Assembly (NCBI GenBank): GCA_964016885.1
Contig: OZ024745.1
Coordinates: 46,128,001 to 46,192,000 of the forward strand
Origin: Eledone cirrhosa
Lineage: Eukaryota
DNA length: 64,000 bases
Direction of reading: 5' to 3'
Shown here one piece after another: positions 39,561 through 54,860 of this stretch (within the stretch, counting starts at the first letter, position 1; the number at the start of each line of letters is the position of its first letter). The position numbers and the translations under genes are program-made. The notes beneath the pieces are model-generated. The model worked only from the letters and a program-made list of their open reading frames with translations. It was not told the DNA's origin and did no database searches.

Positions 39561-42500
39561 TCCCTAGAGCAAGACACCAACAACAGAGAGATGAATAAGT
39601 ATCAAGCTGCTTCTAATAGCTCTTTGAACTTGGTGCTAACAATATAGTGATAAATACCTAACACCAAATAGTGTAGTTAATGGTCTTCTATTATAAATAA
39701 TTATTAAAAGGGAAATCTCAGCATAAAAGCAAGAATGTATCTCTGTGTAGCACAGAATATAAAATATCTGTGGAATTGAGATGGCTTATTAACAAAACAC
39801 ACAAATTGTGCTTTATGACTAGGAGATTATTGAGCAGAGAGAGAGATCCTCCTCATCATCATCACCATCATCATCACCATCATCATCACCATCATCATCA
39901 TCATCATCATCACCAGCACCAATACACCCTGTGATTTGGTTGGTGATAGGAAGGGCATCCCAGTATAGAAACTAGACTAAAAAAGATTGAAGGGACTCTC
40001 CATTTGTTTCAAGGGCATGACAATCTCCCTAGTGTTGGTGAGTTACATGATAAACACAGCCAGTACACTCTGTAAAGTGGTTGGTGATAGGAAGGGATTC
40101 CAGCCATAGAAAACCTGCTAAACAAATGGTTAGGAGGACTCTTTAACTATATCAAAGACATGATAACATCTTTAGTGCTGGTATCTTGATAATGAACTCA
40201 GTAAAGCTGGTCTTAGAAGTCATCAAAGAAGCCATGTACAAAATGTTACCAACTATGGTTTCTTTGGCATTTCTTCTTTTCTGACACCAACCCTTTTAAT
40301 ACTTCCTCTGCCATGCATGGATATGATATACCTATCCAAGACCAGATACACACATCCAATGTTATACAATAGCTACCTCTACATTATAACATATTTATTA
40401 GGTAATATATCATATGGAAGTACATCTAGACAAAAACTAACACATTGAGTCATGCTGTTTCTGTTTAGTGAATCTGTAAAACCCTAATACTATTATACAT
40501 GAGTCATGGAATGTTGTATTATCTCTAAATCCATTAGATTAATTTTTCCAACTAATCAATAACTGACATACTACAGTAACCTATAGTCAATTTGAATGTG
40601 ACTCATATTCTTCACAGAGCATTTATAAGTAGAATTTTATTCAGACAACCCTAACATTAGAATGGTTAAGTAAAGCAAGACAATTTCTAAATAATGTTTG
40701 TAACCTATAACTTAATCCTTTTGTTACTATATTTCTAATGAAAGACACTGCCTATGATTTTCAAATAATTTTGAAAATAATATTAAATGCTTCAAGTAAT
40801 TTATTAATTTCTCATTATTTATCTGTTTAAATGTTTAGAATACATAACAAAGCTTACATAGAATCATGGTTGAAGATGTTTAGATAAATATCAATATTTT
40901 TAAATAAATAGCTTTGTATCATAGAATCAAGAGTGGCTTGGTATCAAAAGTATTAAAGCATTAAATTCAAGGTTCATTAATTCTATGTAGTTGATTATTT
41001 ATTTGAAGTTGATAAAATAAACATTTATTTTCAACAGGTAATTCAATTCAAAAGAAATAAAAATTATAACCTCTCTAATTATTGATAGGGTCAGAATAAA
41101 CCATGATATTAGAATGCTGTGAAATAGATGGTCAAATAAAGCTTGGTATATTTCCCCCACTGAGGTACAAGCCCAGGAAAGGTGTTTTGTGGAAGACCAA
41201 TAGTCATCTATGCATACCAATCTCCCCTCTCCATGCCACTGATGTTTTCCAAGGGAAAGGTTGTTACAGCTTGGCACCAGTGATGTCGAAACACATTTTG
41301 GCAGCTGAGTGAACTGGAGAAATGAGAAATAAAGTGTCTTGCTCAAGGAGACAATGCACTGCCTGGTACTGGAATTGAACTTACAACCTCACACTTGTGA
41401 AACCCACTCTCTAGCCACTAAGCCATGCTCCTTCATATATTAATTCGCTATGCAAAATCTTGTGAAAATACATTATCCCTTTTTCTTTCAGTCAATGTAA
41501 ACACCACTATATGCTGTTTTTCATTCTTATATTGTCCCCAGCATTGTGTGTCCTTGTGACCAATTATATAAAATCATCATCATATTATAATTGTCGTTGT
41601 TGTGTATATATGTATGCATGTACATATGTATGTATTATGAATGTATGTGTGTGTGTGTGTATGTATGTATGGGTGTGTATGTGGGTGTTTGTGTATTGCT
41701 CATTTATGTTTATCTAGGTTTAGAACATGTTTTTACTTGCTTTCTCATTACCATTTTCAAACATCTGACCATCTGGTTCCTGCAGCCTCATGGCAACAAG
41801 CCACTATGCTCTTCCATCTTTCTCTGTGTCTGGCAAAGGTTGGTGTTTGAAACCAGTTTGTGTCACACCTGTACAGGTCATCTTTATGGGTTCTCCGGGT
41901 CATCTTTGGCCTACCATGACATTGCAGTTCTTGCTGGTATATTGTACCCCATTTAAAAGACATGCTCTGTTAGTTACATTCTTCTGCTCTTGATGACCAG
42001 ACTCAGGCATGTCTCTTCGAAGTACATCTTTGTTTATGATCTTGTCTTTCCATATAATGCCAAAGATCTTTCAGAGGCATCTTTGTTGGAAAGTATCCAG
42101 TTATTTTTCAGTTCTGGTGGTACTCTTTCCTGTGACAGCACCACAGGTTATTGTTGAGATAACAATTGACCAGAATAACCTTAATTTCGTTTGTGATGTG
42201 AGCTTCTTTGATCGAACACTTATAGAATTAATTTAGTTTCCTCAGCTGTGTGACTACCAGAACTTTTATGTTTGATAAGGCTATTCGCACAAACACACAG
42301 ATAACAAAATCAATGGAATAATGCAGAACAAGTAGGAGGTTGCCAGTATATATTCTGTCATAAGTTCTGTCTTGTGTTCATGGTCAAGTCCAGTGATTTT
42401 CTACCCTGCTTCTGTTATTTGCTTCCTTTACCTCATATATTTCACTACATGCTTCCATACAAAATTATAAACTAAATAATTGTAGATATATAAGAAGCAT

Positions 42501-43629
42501 CTCAAATGTCTGTTTTTTTGGCTATACAACCCTCACCAAAAAAGATATGCAATTTTTTAAAACCATCATTATCATCATCCTTTTTGTGTCCTTTTTGCTA
42601 TGCTTGCATGGGTGGCACAAGTCTTTGTCATCTCTTCTGTGTTGTTCAGCATTTAATGACCTGCTCTCACTACCTTCACCCAAGTTTTCCTTGACCTTCC
42701 TCTACTGCAGCTTCCTTCTACTAGGAACATTTTTGTATAATAACAGCTATTCTGTTTATCTCATACCATATAAATATTTGCACCAAAGTTAATATAATTA
42801 ACTGAGAATCACTAAGCTATACAATTACTTAACCCTTCATTAAACTCTGTAGGTGATATATCTGACTCCTGTAGACAGTACAATAGAATTAACAAGCATT
42901 TTGTTAGCTTCTTAATTTCTATAGTCTCTTTGGAAAAAATAAAAGTGTTTTTCAATAAAAAATAGAGTTGAGTAATAAACCAGTAATCAAGTGTTGTAAC
43001 CAATAATACAAGAAGTTGTGTGATCTAACATCAGGTTTTAAAAAACAACAGATCATTATTGGTATAAAGTTATCAGAGCTATTGAATTTATTTAAATCTG
43101 TCCAACATTATATGAAATCATTCTGGCACTATAATTTAACTATTCACAAATTATTTACTGAAATATGATCAGTTTTTATCTAGAATCTTTTGTTCCCAAA
43201 CTACCAATCATTATCTTGCTATACTTGGTCTTCTGTTATAACTTTTAAATTATATTAGTTAATATTGGCAATATTATACAGATATTTTGTTGGGTTTTTT
43301 TTTTTTTACTCTACAAATAGGATCAGGTTTTATTTTTAGATATTGGTTAAGGACCAATTAGCTTTATTTATTTATTTATTTGGTTGAAAGCTCAATATTT
43401 CATTTTGTCTGTATTGATTATTTTATGTTTGAACAGATATAATTTTAGTCATTTCAACAATAAGCCTTCATTTTAATTGTTCTGCTATTGTTGAAACATA
43501 TTTGCATTTCCTATTGTATTTTATTTGCAGATTCAGGAATCTTTACATGGTCACTCCTCCAAGCTGCTAGAAATAGCAGACAAATCTCTGTTAAATTACA
43601 CTTTAAGTGATAATACATTGGATGGTATT

Positions 43630-44850
43630 CTTCCTGGTATACCAAAGAATGGAACGTATTCCTGGGAAGGTCATGTGGAGCAGAATCCTCAAACACACCT
43701 TCCAGTAGGTTCTATCAAAAGCAACCGTCTCCAATTGATCTGGCTAGATCCCCAAGCGAGACCAGCTGAGCTCATGGATGTTATCCTATCATCTTGCTCA
43801 GGGTCTACCCCTGAATCTTTTGCCAGTAAAATCTGTCCAGCAACATCCTAACCACATTCCCATAGAACCAGTGATGTGATCTCTCGATTTAGAGAAATAG
43901 TGCCTCTACCTGTAGCGACTCTCTGAGCTACACACTCTACCCAGTTACTGAAATACCCTTCAGAGGAACGCAATTTCATGATCATATTCTTTCGATCATT
44001 ACCCATGATTCATTACCATAGATGAGGGCTGGCATGAATACTGAATTGAAGATAACAAATTTTACCTTTTACTCCACCTCCTTTTTCTGATGACCGAATG
44101 CTAAGGCTGGCACAGTACTGCACTAGCTCCTGCAATTCTTGCACTTAATTCAGCCTCCTACCTACCATCACTCATGAACACGGCCCCAAGATACTTGAAC
44201 TGCTCCACCTGCTTCAGTGGAATTCCACTCATATGTAGAGTGCACTGCATAGACTTCCTTGAGTGCACGAGTGTCTTGGTTTTTGCAAGCACTGATTTTT
44301 ATTCCAGCCATGCAGCACTCAGCATCAAACCTATCAAATACAAGTCAGAGATCACCTTCTCTCGAGTTAAATAATTGTTTCTACTTTTGGCACAAGGCCA
44401 GCAATTATCCCAGTGTATTACTGGTACTTTATTTTATCGACCCCGTAATGATGAAAGGCAAAGTTAACCTTGGCGGGATTTGAACTCAGAAATAATACCA
44501 TATTGTCTGCAAATTCCAACCAACTGATCCTACACATGCCAGCAGTGATACCACTTCCAACCCAGCTGTGCATGTCAATCCTGTTCATGAAGATTATGAA
44601 CAGGAGACATGAGAGTATGCACTCTTAGCACCATTTATCCAAACACAAATACCAGGGCATTCACATAGAGACATCAGGGCAACAAGAGGCTGTCAATCGA
44701 TCCCATACTCCTGCAGAACCTACCACAGCAGGTCCTGCGCAACACAGTCATATGCCTTTTCGAGGTCTACGAAACAAGCATACATCTCTTGGCAGTACTT
44801 CCATGAATTCTCAAAGACCTGCCTCAATGTGAATATTTGGTTGGCTGTGT
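43630..44850 (-). mobile_element. Old decayed RTE-like LINE fragment, with a SINE-B piece at 44372-44490
   Basis: Minus-strand remnants VEQFKYLG (~44185-44210) and CFVDLEKAYD (~44750-44780). Confidence 0.6.
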
Positions 44851-45300
44851 AGTATCTAGCACTTCCAAATGTCGTGGAACATTGGATTTTGAGGTCAGAC
44901 TCTAGTTTATATTAGCCTGATCGAGACTGATCTGAGTGTACCAACGACTGTAACAATAATAAAAGGAAAAAAAAAACAATAACAACAATACAAATAGAAA
45001 GAACATTTGCAGTATTAATATTTATTATATTAGTTGTATGGATGGACCAACTACACTTTCCTGACAATAACCATTAATATATTGTATATGTAGATAAATA
45101 TATGTGTGTTAATATGTATGAATGCATCAATGCAGAAGTGCATATGTAAATGCATGCATATAGCCATGTCTATCTGATCAGAGAATGTGAATTTTTTTCT
45201 GTATATGTGTGTTTATGTGAATATGACTGTATGATGTACATGTGTACATGTGATGTGTATGTTTGTATCTGAATGTGTGAAGTGTGCAGTTGTATATAAA

Positions 45301-45489
45301 TAATTGTTTCTACTTTAGGCACAAGGCCAGCAATTACCCAGTGCATTACTGGTACTTTATTTTATCGACCCCGTAAGGATGAAAGACAAAGTCAACCTCA
45401 GCGGAATTTAAATTCAGATCGTAAAGGGACGTAACTATGCTGGAAACATGGCGTCTGACCCTCTACTGATACTGCCAATCCACCGCCCT
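45301..45489 (-). mobile_element. SINE family B
   Basis: Matches 2454-2643. Confidence 0.82.
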
Positions 45490-45672
45490 TGTATATAAAT
45501 AATGTGTTTGAAAATTGGTTATTGAAATACATATAGTTATAAAGAAATAATATGCTGATACACGCAATGCGTGGTTATATATAGAGACACATGAATATAT
45601 ACATACATATAAATAAATCTATATGAATATGTACATTCATATATATGTGTGTATATGTATATACATATATAT

Positions 45673-45777
<105 letters not shown>

Positions 45778-45851
45778 TTATTCCAGGTTGAATCGGAGGT
45801 AACCACAGTAAGTAAGGTACTCAATACATAGCAGAGTATAAAAGTTTTAAT

Positions 45852-45928
45852 ATAGAAGAGCTTCTACAGGACTAGAACTGTTTCATGATTTCTCACGAAT
45901 GAAACAGTTCTAGTCCTGTAGAAGCTCT

Positions 45929-45933
<5 letters not shown>
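45852..45933. repeat. Perfect 35-bp-arm hairpin
   Basis: ATAGAAGAGCTTCTACAGGACTAGAACTGTTTCAT-gatttctcacga-ATGAAACAGTTCTAGTCCTGTAGAAGCTCTTCTAT. A related single arm lies at ~4155-4206. Confidence 0.85.
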
Positions 45934-46014
<81 letters not shown>

Positions 46015-46021
<7 letters not shown>

Positions 46022-46640
46022 CTTGGGGAGGGTCATATTGTTGTAATAATATTGCCAGAAATAATAACAGAACACACTCAGTTTGGTTGGTTTTTTGCTT
46101 CTGTATCTTTTATATCTCCATAGTTAATTCATTTAGCCATGAATGTTTATCACTGACTGACCAACGGTCAAAAATACAGATATAAATATATATATATATA
46201 GTCTAACAAAGTTCTTTCGTTGCACATCTGCAACATCATCAGTGGTACTATTACCATGTTTCCCCTACTGTATTGTATGTATTGTAATGTCTACGCCATT
46301 TTTATTTTTCATTACAATACATACAATACAGTAGGGGAAACATGATAATAGTACCACTGATGATGTTGCAGATGTGCAGCGAAAGATGTGTAACGAAAGA
46401 ACTTTGTTAAACTATATATATGTATTTATATCTGTATGTTTGACCGTTGGTCAGTCAGTGATAAACATTGATGGCCAAATGAATTAACTATGGAGATATA
46501 AAAGATACAGAAGCAAAAAACCAACCAAACAGTGTGTGTTTGCTGTTATTATTTCTGGCAATATTATTACAACAATATGACCCTCCCCAAGTATAATAAT
46601 ATTTGTTTCGACAAATGATTTCATATCAAAAACCTTGCAA

Positions 46641-46647
<7 letters not shown>
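46015..46647. mobile_element. Fold-back Penelope-derived element, family F2, with minimal hammerheads on both strands
   Basis: Arms ~46015-46289 and ~46309-46600. CTGATGA-T-gttgca(gatg)tgcaac-GAAAGAACTTTG at 46204-46247 (-) and 46352-46409 (+, with a 14-bp duplication). Ends in MTLPKYNN as in F1. Confidence 0.78.
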
Positions 46648-46678
<31 letters not shown>

Positions 46679-46854
46679 TGCACAAATATATGTATGTGTG
46701 GGACTTCATGTGTGTGTGTAGGTGTGCGCATATGTGTTTGTATATATATGTATATGTATACAGGTATGTGTTTATGTAAATTCACAAATACATCAACTGA
46801 AAAATATTGAAAATATAAGAAAGCATTAACAATAGTCAGAATGTGATATTGCAG

Positions 46855-46891
<37 letters not shown>

Positions 46892-47070
46892 TAAAGTTAG
46901 TCCTTCATCAGTGATCTTCCAACCATCATTGGTATTTCATCGCTTTAAAGACCATATATATATATATATATATATTATACATATATGTGTGTGTGTGTGT
47001 GTCTTAATATATATATATGCATGTATACATACATATATATATATTCTATATATATATACACACACACATG

Positions 47071-47125
<55 letters not shown>

Positions 47126-47136
47126 TTATATATATA

Positions 47137-47223
<87 letters not shown>

Positions 47224-48981
47224 CAATATCTGTTCCCCTTTTCACAGGTTATTCAAATAATCTGTCTTTGTAAAACTTTTTATTTATCAAACTCATTCGC
47301 TTATTTTTATTTCTCATTTCATTTTCTTCATATATTTTTATAATCAACAGTTTCAATTTTATTCCTTTGTTTTTCATATATAAGTATTTTTGTTTGATAT
47401 TTTTTTTCTTTTCCATTTTTTTTTCTTTGCAAATTCTTCATTACTTTTTTATTATATTTTTACTCATTCACTTTCACTAATCAGTTCTCTCACATGCCAG
47501 TTCAAACTTTTTTTTTTTTTTATTTTTTTTATTTTGTCAAAATAATATTATCAGCAATAACTAAAAGAAAATCAATGTTACTGTTGCAAATCATAATATA
47601 TACCAAAGTGTATTTCTATGAGATACCCAGTTTATTCAAGCTTCATATGTTTTACCTGTTAGAAATCTTTCCAGTTCCAAATTTAAATTTATACCAGGCA
47701 AGAAAATATCTTTGCCATTCAATTGACTATTAGATAGATATTTTGCGATATTATTAACTATTAATAATAACAATCATAAAATATTAGTTTGACCCAATTT
47801 GTTTAGGCTCATATGCATCCTTATTGGTGTTAAATTTGGTTCTACTCTATCTGAAGTGAGTTATATACATGACCATAAAATGTTATTAATGTCATTGAAT
47901 TCAGTGTCAAAATAAAGCTGATCACCAAATATAGTTATAATATATATCTACTAAGTGAGTAGGTGTCGATTGTATTTTTCAGTGAGAAATATTCACCCTT
48001 CCATTGGCTGAACATTCAATAGATATGTGTCTCCTTGACATAATTCACAGGGAGATTTAGCTTCAAGCAATGTGTGAAAAAGCTGGTCCTATGAATTACT
48101 GATGCAGTCCATTTGATAAGCATCCAAACAGTTTCCATCTATCTAATTTCACCTGAAGCTATTGTAAATGATACTTGTCCAAGATGTTATGCAGTAAGAT
48201 TGAAATCAACAATTGTGATACAAACTTCTTAGCTATACTGCGTTCACAAGATATTCTATATGTAACAGCTATATTTAGATGGTAACCATGAGGTAATTTG
48301 AGATGAACAGTTTTTCCAAAATTTCCATCAAATACTGAATGCACAAATCAACATAAAATGGCTCTAAGGATGAGTCTAAATTTGCCTTAGCTGTCTTATA
48401 CACATTTGATAACTTAATGTTTATAGAAAGAGTATATGAAGAATTCACTAACATTTCCCTATATGAAAAAGAAGATGCTAAAATACTTTAGACAAGAAGT
48501 TATTTTGCAGCTGCAATAGCCATCATAATATGGTTAGCTTTCTATATAAATTGGGTTATAACTAATAGAAACTTCTTTCCTTTGTAAAATTGATGATGAA
48601 ATATCAATATTATTTCCAAGACTATTAAAATGAGATAGACACACATAACAGGAGTGAAATACTTTAAGTTTTATACAACATAAATAATTACAATTCATAA
48701 TTTTGTGAAGCAAATGCATTTCAAATTAATTTTAGCCAAAAGCTAACATAGGTGACAAAAAATACCAAGGAAATAGCTAAAGTTCAATTAGCAACCAATC
48801 AAGACTATCCCTTTGATATGTTGTCGATGTATTGGTTAAAGAATTTGGGTTATTTCCAATGTTTTCACTTGTTATCAACCACAACTACAATATACACATA
48901 TTCATGTACATACAAGCACACACACACACACATACACACAAATACAGACACACACACACACATACACACCTAGGTATAGAT

Positions 48982-49025
<44 letters not shown>

Positions 49026-49209
49026 CAGACTTACACATATATGTCTGTGTTAGTACAGAACATTAAATGATTACACTTAAGTGGCTACGTAAAAGTTTCA
49101 CCATATTAACTGCACACTACAATCTTCTGGCTGACAGCCATCATTTTTTACTTTAACATAATGTCATATTAACCCTACACTGTATTGAACTCTCATTAAC
49201 ATATTGTAT

Positions 49210-50131
<922 letters not shown>

Positions 50132-50698
50132 AATATGAACAGGGTACAAGGAAAAACTAGGCAAGATTTGTTGAAATACGAAGAAACATTTATTATACAA
50201 TAGGGTCTCTAACACATGTTTCAATGCAGTTATGTAATCACCTATGAAACCTGCATTGTTACATAATCCATAATAATTGTTAAGTCTATTCACTTTACAT
50301 AAACGTAAATTAGCCTACATATAGTGGATACTTCTATTTCTTCTTATAGATATATATATTGGGGATGCACTTGACTCTCTAACATTTAAACTCCCAAGAA
50401 ACCTCTTATTTTATGAGATACAGCTTTATAGGAGGCCTAGATATGAGACATAACCACACCAATATACATATATATATATATATATCGGACCAGACAAATT
50501 GAATTTGTGCTAGCTAACCAAATTTTCCACTCACTCCAAAATTTTACAGAGCCTGTATTTCCCAGGTACAAGTCTGTATATCAGAATGCACACTATGAGT
50601 TGGTTAGTGGTAAAAACGCTGTTATGTGGGAATGCCATAAAATTGTATATATATCATCCTCACCATTTAACGTCTACTTTTCCATGATGGCATGGGTT

Positions 50699-50817
<119 letters not shown>

Positions 50818-51769
50818 TTGCTGTCTTGGTAAGAAAACAATCTCATAGCAGACATAAGACAGCATCTAAATACAAGATTGTTAGTGCTAGCAATGGAGAA
50901 TTAGAATATAGAATAAGTAAATTATAGTCAGAATTTTACAGGAAAATTGATAAATGTTCATACTAAAGTTTAGTATTCAAACCAATTAGTATAATGATAT
51001 ATTCCATTGATGACAATATTTCTCAAATAAAAATGTTGATATTTCAACCCTTTAATTTTAAATGAAATTTACTCCCTATGTGTTCTGATTTATTGGGAAA
51101 ATAATTTTAAAAATTCTCATTATGAAGTTAGCTTTTGGAAATATGTTAACAAAAATTTCCTACAGAAAATTATAATGGAAGTTTTAAATGTAAATGTGAA
51201 CACTTCAAAACAGTTTTTATTATTTATCATAGAATCAGGAACAGTTTCAGGCAGTTTGATGTTGAAAGGATTAAAAGATATATTTTTTAATCTTTTTTCC
51301 ATACCACATGAAATGTTAGAATATAAAAATAGTAATTCATTAGTACTGGTTAATATATTTATTAAATAATAAAGATTTTGTTGTTTTACTAAAAAGAATC
51401 CTTTTTATCATCATCATCATCATCATCACCATTAGTAGCAGTAGTAGTAGTTGTAGTACCAATTTAATATTTTCATAATTTTTAGTACTTTCCGCCATTT
51501 GTAAATTATAATGTATAATATATATATATATATATATATGATCATCATCATCCTCACTGTTTAGCGTCCATTTTTCCATGCTTGCATGGGTTAGACGGGT
51601 TGTCCAGGCCAGGAGGCAAGTCTGGCCAGAGTTGGCCATGCCACACCTTGCTCCAACAAGGACTGTATTTTACAGCTAGATGCCCTTCCTAACACCAGCC
51701 ACATTTACAATATATATATGTATCTATCTATCTATCTATCTATATATATATATATAAATATATAAATAT

Positions 51770-51800
<31 letters not shown>

Positions 51801-51803
51801 AAT

Positions 51804-51887
<84 letters not shown>

Positions 51888-51945
51888 ATATGAAATATAC
51901 ATTAAGACATGTTACATAATCATATTTATTGGATATGTATTTCAG

Positions 51946-52101
51946 TGATGCCTCTGTGGAGCTGTTATGCAATCATTACAACAAACAGCTAACGACACTG
52001 GTGTGTCATCATCAGACAGTAACACAATTATGTGAAGGAGTTGATATATCACAGGCAAATGCTTCCATGTTGTCAAAATCCAATGAACATATTTTTTTCA
52101 G
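51946..52101 (+). other. Candidate isolated coding exon (156 nt, phase 2-2)
   Basis: tttcag| ... |gtaatc; open frame DASVELLCNHYNKQLTTLVCHHQTVTQLCEGVDISQANASMLSKSNEHIFF. No family recognised. Confidence 0.3.
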
Positions 52102-52560
52102 GTAATCTGTATGGGTAATAGGCAGTTTCAATATCCAGTTCAGCGCAGTAACATTTGCCAATATTGTCAGAGGGTTCATAAGTATCTGACAATTAAGAAA
52201 CTCTTGACTAAATAAAATGATCTGATGCTTCATGATCACTAGGAAAAGAAAGATACCAGTGGGAAATATATTCCCAATACACTGTAAGTTACTCTAACAA
52301 TTGTTTTTTCTTTGACATATTTGATAACTATTAGGGGACAACAATGAAAGAACCATTGTTATATGTTGTTATGGCTATTGCTGCTGTTATATATTGTTGT
52401 TGTTGTTGCTATTGCTGTTGCTACTAGGTATCAAATCTTATTAGCTTTGTTTCCCTGTTGCTATGTTTTGTGTGACTGTAGCAGATGGTGTTGAAATGGA
52501 AATTGTCACTAAGGACATTGGTCAGAATCTTACCATTTACCCCTCGCTGAACAAGCACAA

Positions 52561-52638
<78 letters not shown>

Positions 52639-53183
52639 GCGTGAGTGTGTGTGTGTGTGCGTGTGTGTGTGTGTGTACACACAGTTTTTATATATTAATG
52701 AATAGAATAACCACAAAACATCAAAGCTTTCACATTTTCCATCTACCAATGGCTTCTTAATTCAATTGCTAGTAGTCACATGAATTTTAGTGCAATTTGT
52801 CTATATATGTAATATCTGTAATATCTATTCAATTATTTTTATCTAGTGAACCCCACCTCTCTCTCTCTCTCTCTCTCTCCCTTTCTCTCTCTCTCTCACT
52901 CTTTTCTCTTTATATATATATATATATATAACTTTATATATATAAGTATAATTTTCTTTATTATGGCTTAGTGATGAGTCTTGCTACTCTGGAGTTTCAC
53001 CTGAGTACTCACAGGGTCATCTTGTTTGATGATCCTCTAAATACACATGTGAAGCTCCAGAGTAAGAAGACTCATCTCTTAGCCATAATAAAGATTATTA
53101 TTAAACTTGACTTAAGTATTGAGTACTCATTCTCACATCTGTCAACTTCACATGTATGTGTTTATCACTCTCTTTGATTGTAA

Positions 53184-53214
<31 letters not shown>

Positions 53215-53832
53215 CAGAGAGAGTGATATACATATATATATATATGTATATATTCTACAGGGTGTAGCTATTTAAACTATATCTGCTCTCCGGCTTGGTA
53301 TAATTCCTACACTTTTTCGTTTTTCATATTCTTTTATTTTTTTACTCTGATTTGATAAAGGATTTAACTCGAAATGTCAGATCTGTTCTTCTGTTTCTAT
53401 GTCAATAAGCATGAATTAAAATGCATGACTCGTGTGTATGTGAGAGACAGAGTGGGAGAGAGAGTCTTTATTTTATCTGTTTCAATGGATCTCTTCAATT
53501 CCTAAATTTGATGACTAATCACCTGGAAAAATAAGAGCAATAAATGGAGTATGAATTTATCATAGTTCTTAAAAAAGACTGATTGATTTTGAACAGTTAA
53601 CAGGATTACCTTAGTTTCCATATCTGATAATATACAAGGCATGTACAACATAACTGAAGAAAATCATTCACTTTAATGAATCCAAAAACACAAAAAGAAA
53701 AGTCTATATAATAAGCTCTCATTTGATGTCAAAATTTTCATCTAATTGTAGCAGGTCAACAAAGATTTGAAAGAGGCTTCTAGAAAACAAATTTTAATCA
53801 TTGAGTGTCTTATGATTAATTTTTATACACAC

Positions 53833-53864
<32 letters not shown>

Positions 53865-54118
53865 GGGTGCAAATGGAACGTGAGACCATACATAATCACA
53901 CAGGTACCTGGCTTGCCTGGATTATCAGTGGCTCCACTTCAGTCCGGACTTAGTCTATATGAACATGCCCAATCCTTGCTAGCAGGGAAAGAAGATGTTA
54001 AAATGACAATGATGATGACAATATGTATATACACCACCAGTAATTCACTGAATCATCAACTCTATAAATATATATATATGTGTATATATAATGATTTCTC
54101 TCTCTCTATATATATATA

Positions 54119-54860
54119 TAATTGTTTCTACTTTTGGCACAAGGCCAGCAATTACCCAATGCATTACTGCTACTTTATTTTATCGACCCCGTAAGGATGA
54201 AAGGCAAAGTTAACCTCGATGGGATTTGAACTCAGACCGTAAAGGGATGTAACTATGCTGGAAAGCATGGCGTCCGACTCTCTACCGATACTGCCAATTC
54301 ACCGAGATATATATATATATAATTGTTTCTACGTTAGGCACAAGGCCAGCAATTACCCAGTACATTACTAGTACTTTATTTTATCGACCCCATAAGGATG
54401 AAAGGCAAAGTTAACCTTGGCGGGATTTGAACTGAGAATGGCAAGGGCCGTAACTCTATGCGTCCGACCCTCTACCAATACTGCCAATATATATAATTGT
54501 TTCTACGTTAGGCACAAGGCCAGCAATATCCAGTGCATTACTGGTACTTTATTTTATCGACCCCGTAAGGATGAAAGGCAAAGTTAACCTTGACGGGATT
54601 TGAACTCAGAATGGCAAGTGGCGTAACTCTATGCGTCAAAGCATGGCGTCCGACCCTCTACCAATACTGCCAATATATATAATTGTTTCTACTTTAGGCA
54701 CAAGGCCAGCAAATACCCAGTGTATTACTGGTACTTTATTTTATCGACCCCGTAAGGATGAAAGGCAAAGTCAACCTCGGCGGGATTTGAACTCAGATCG
54801 TAAAGGGACGTAACTATGCTGGAAAGCATGGCGTCCGACCCTCTACCGATACTGCCAATA
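54119..54860 (-). mobile_element. Four head-to-tail SINE family B copies
   Basis: AATTGTTTCTAC starts at ~54120, 54321, 54495 and 54681; copies are separated by short (TA)n. Confidence 0.88.
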
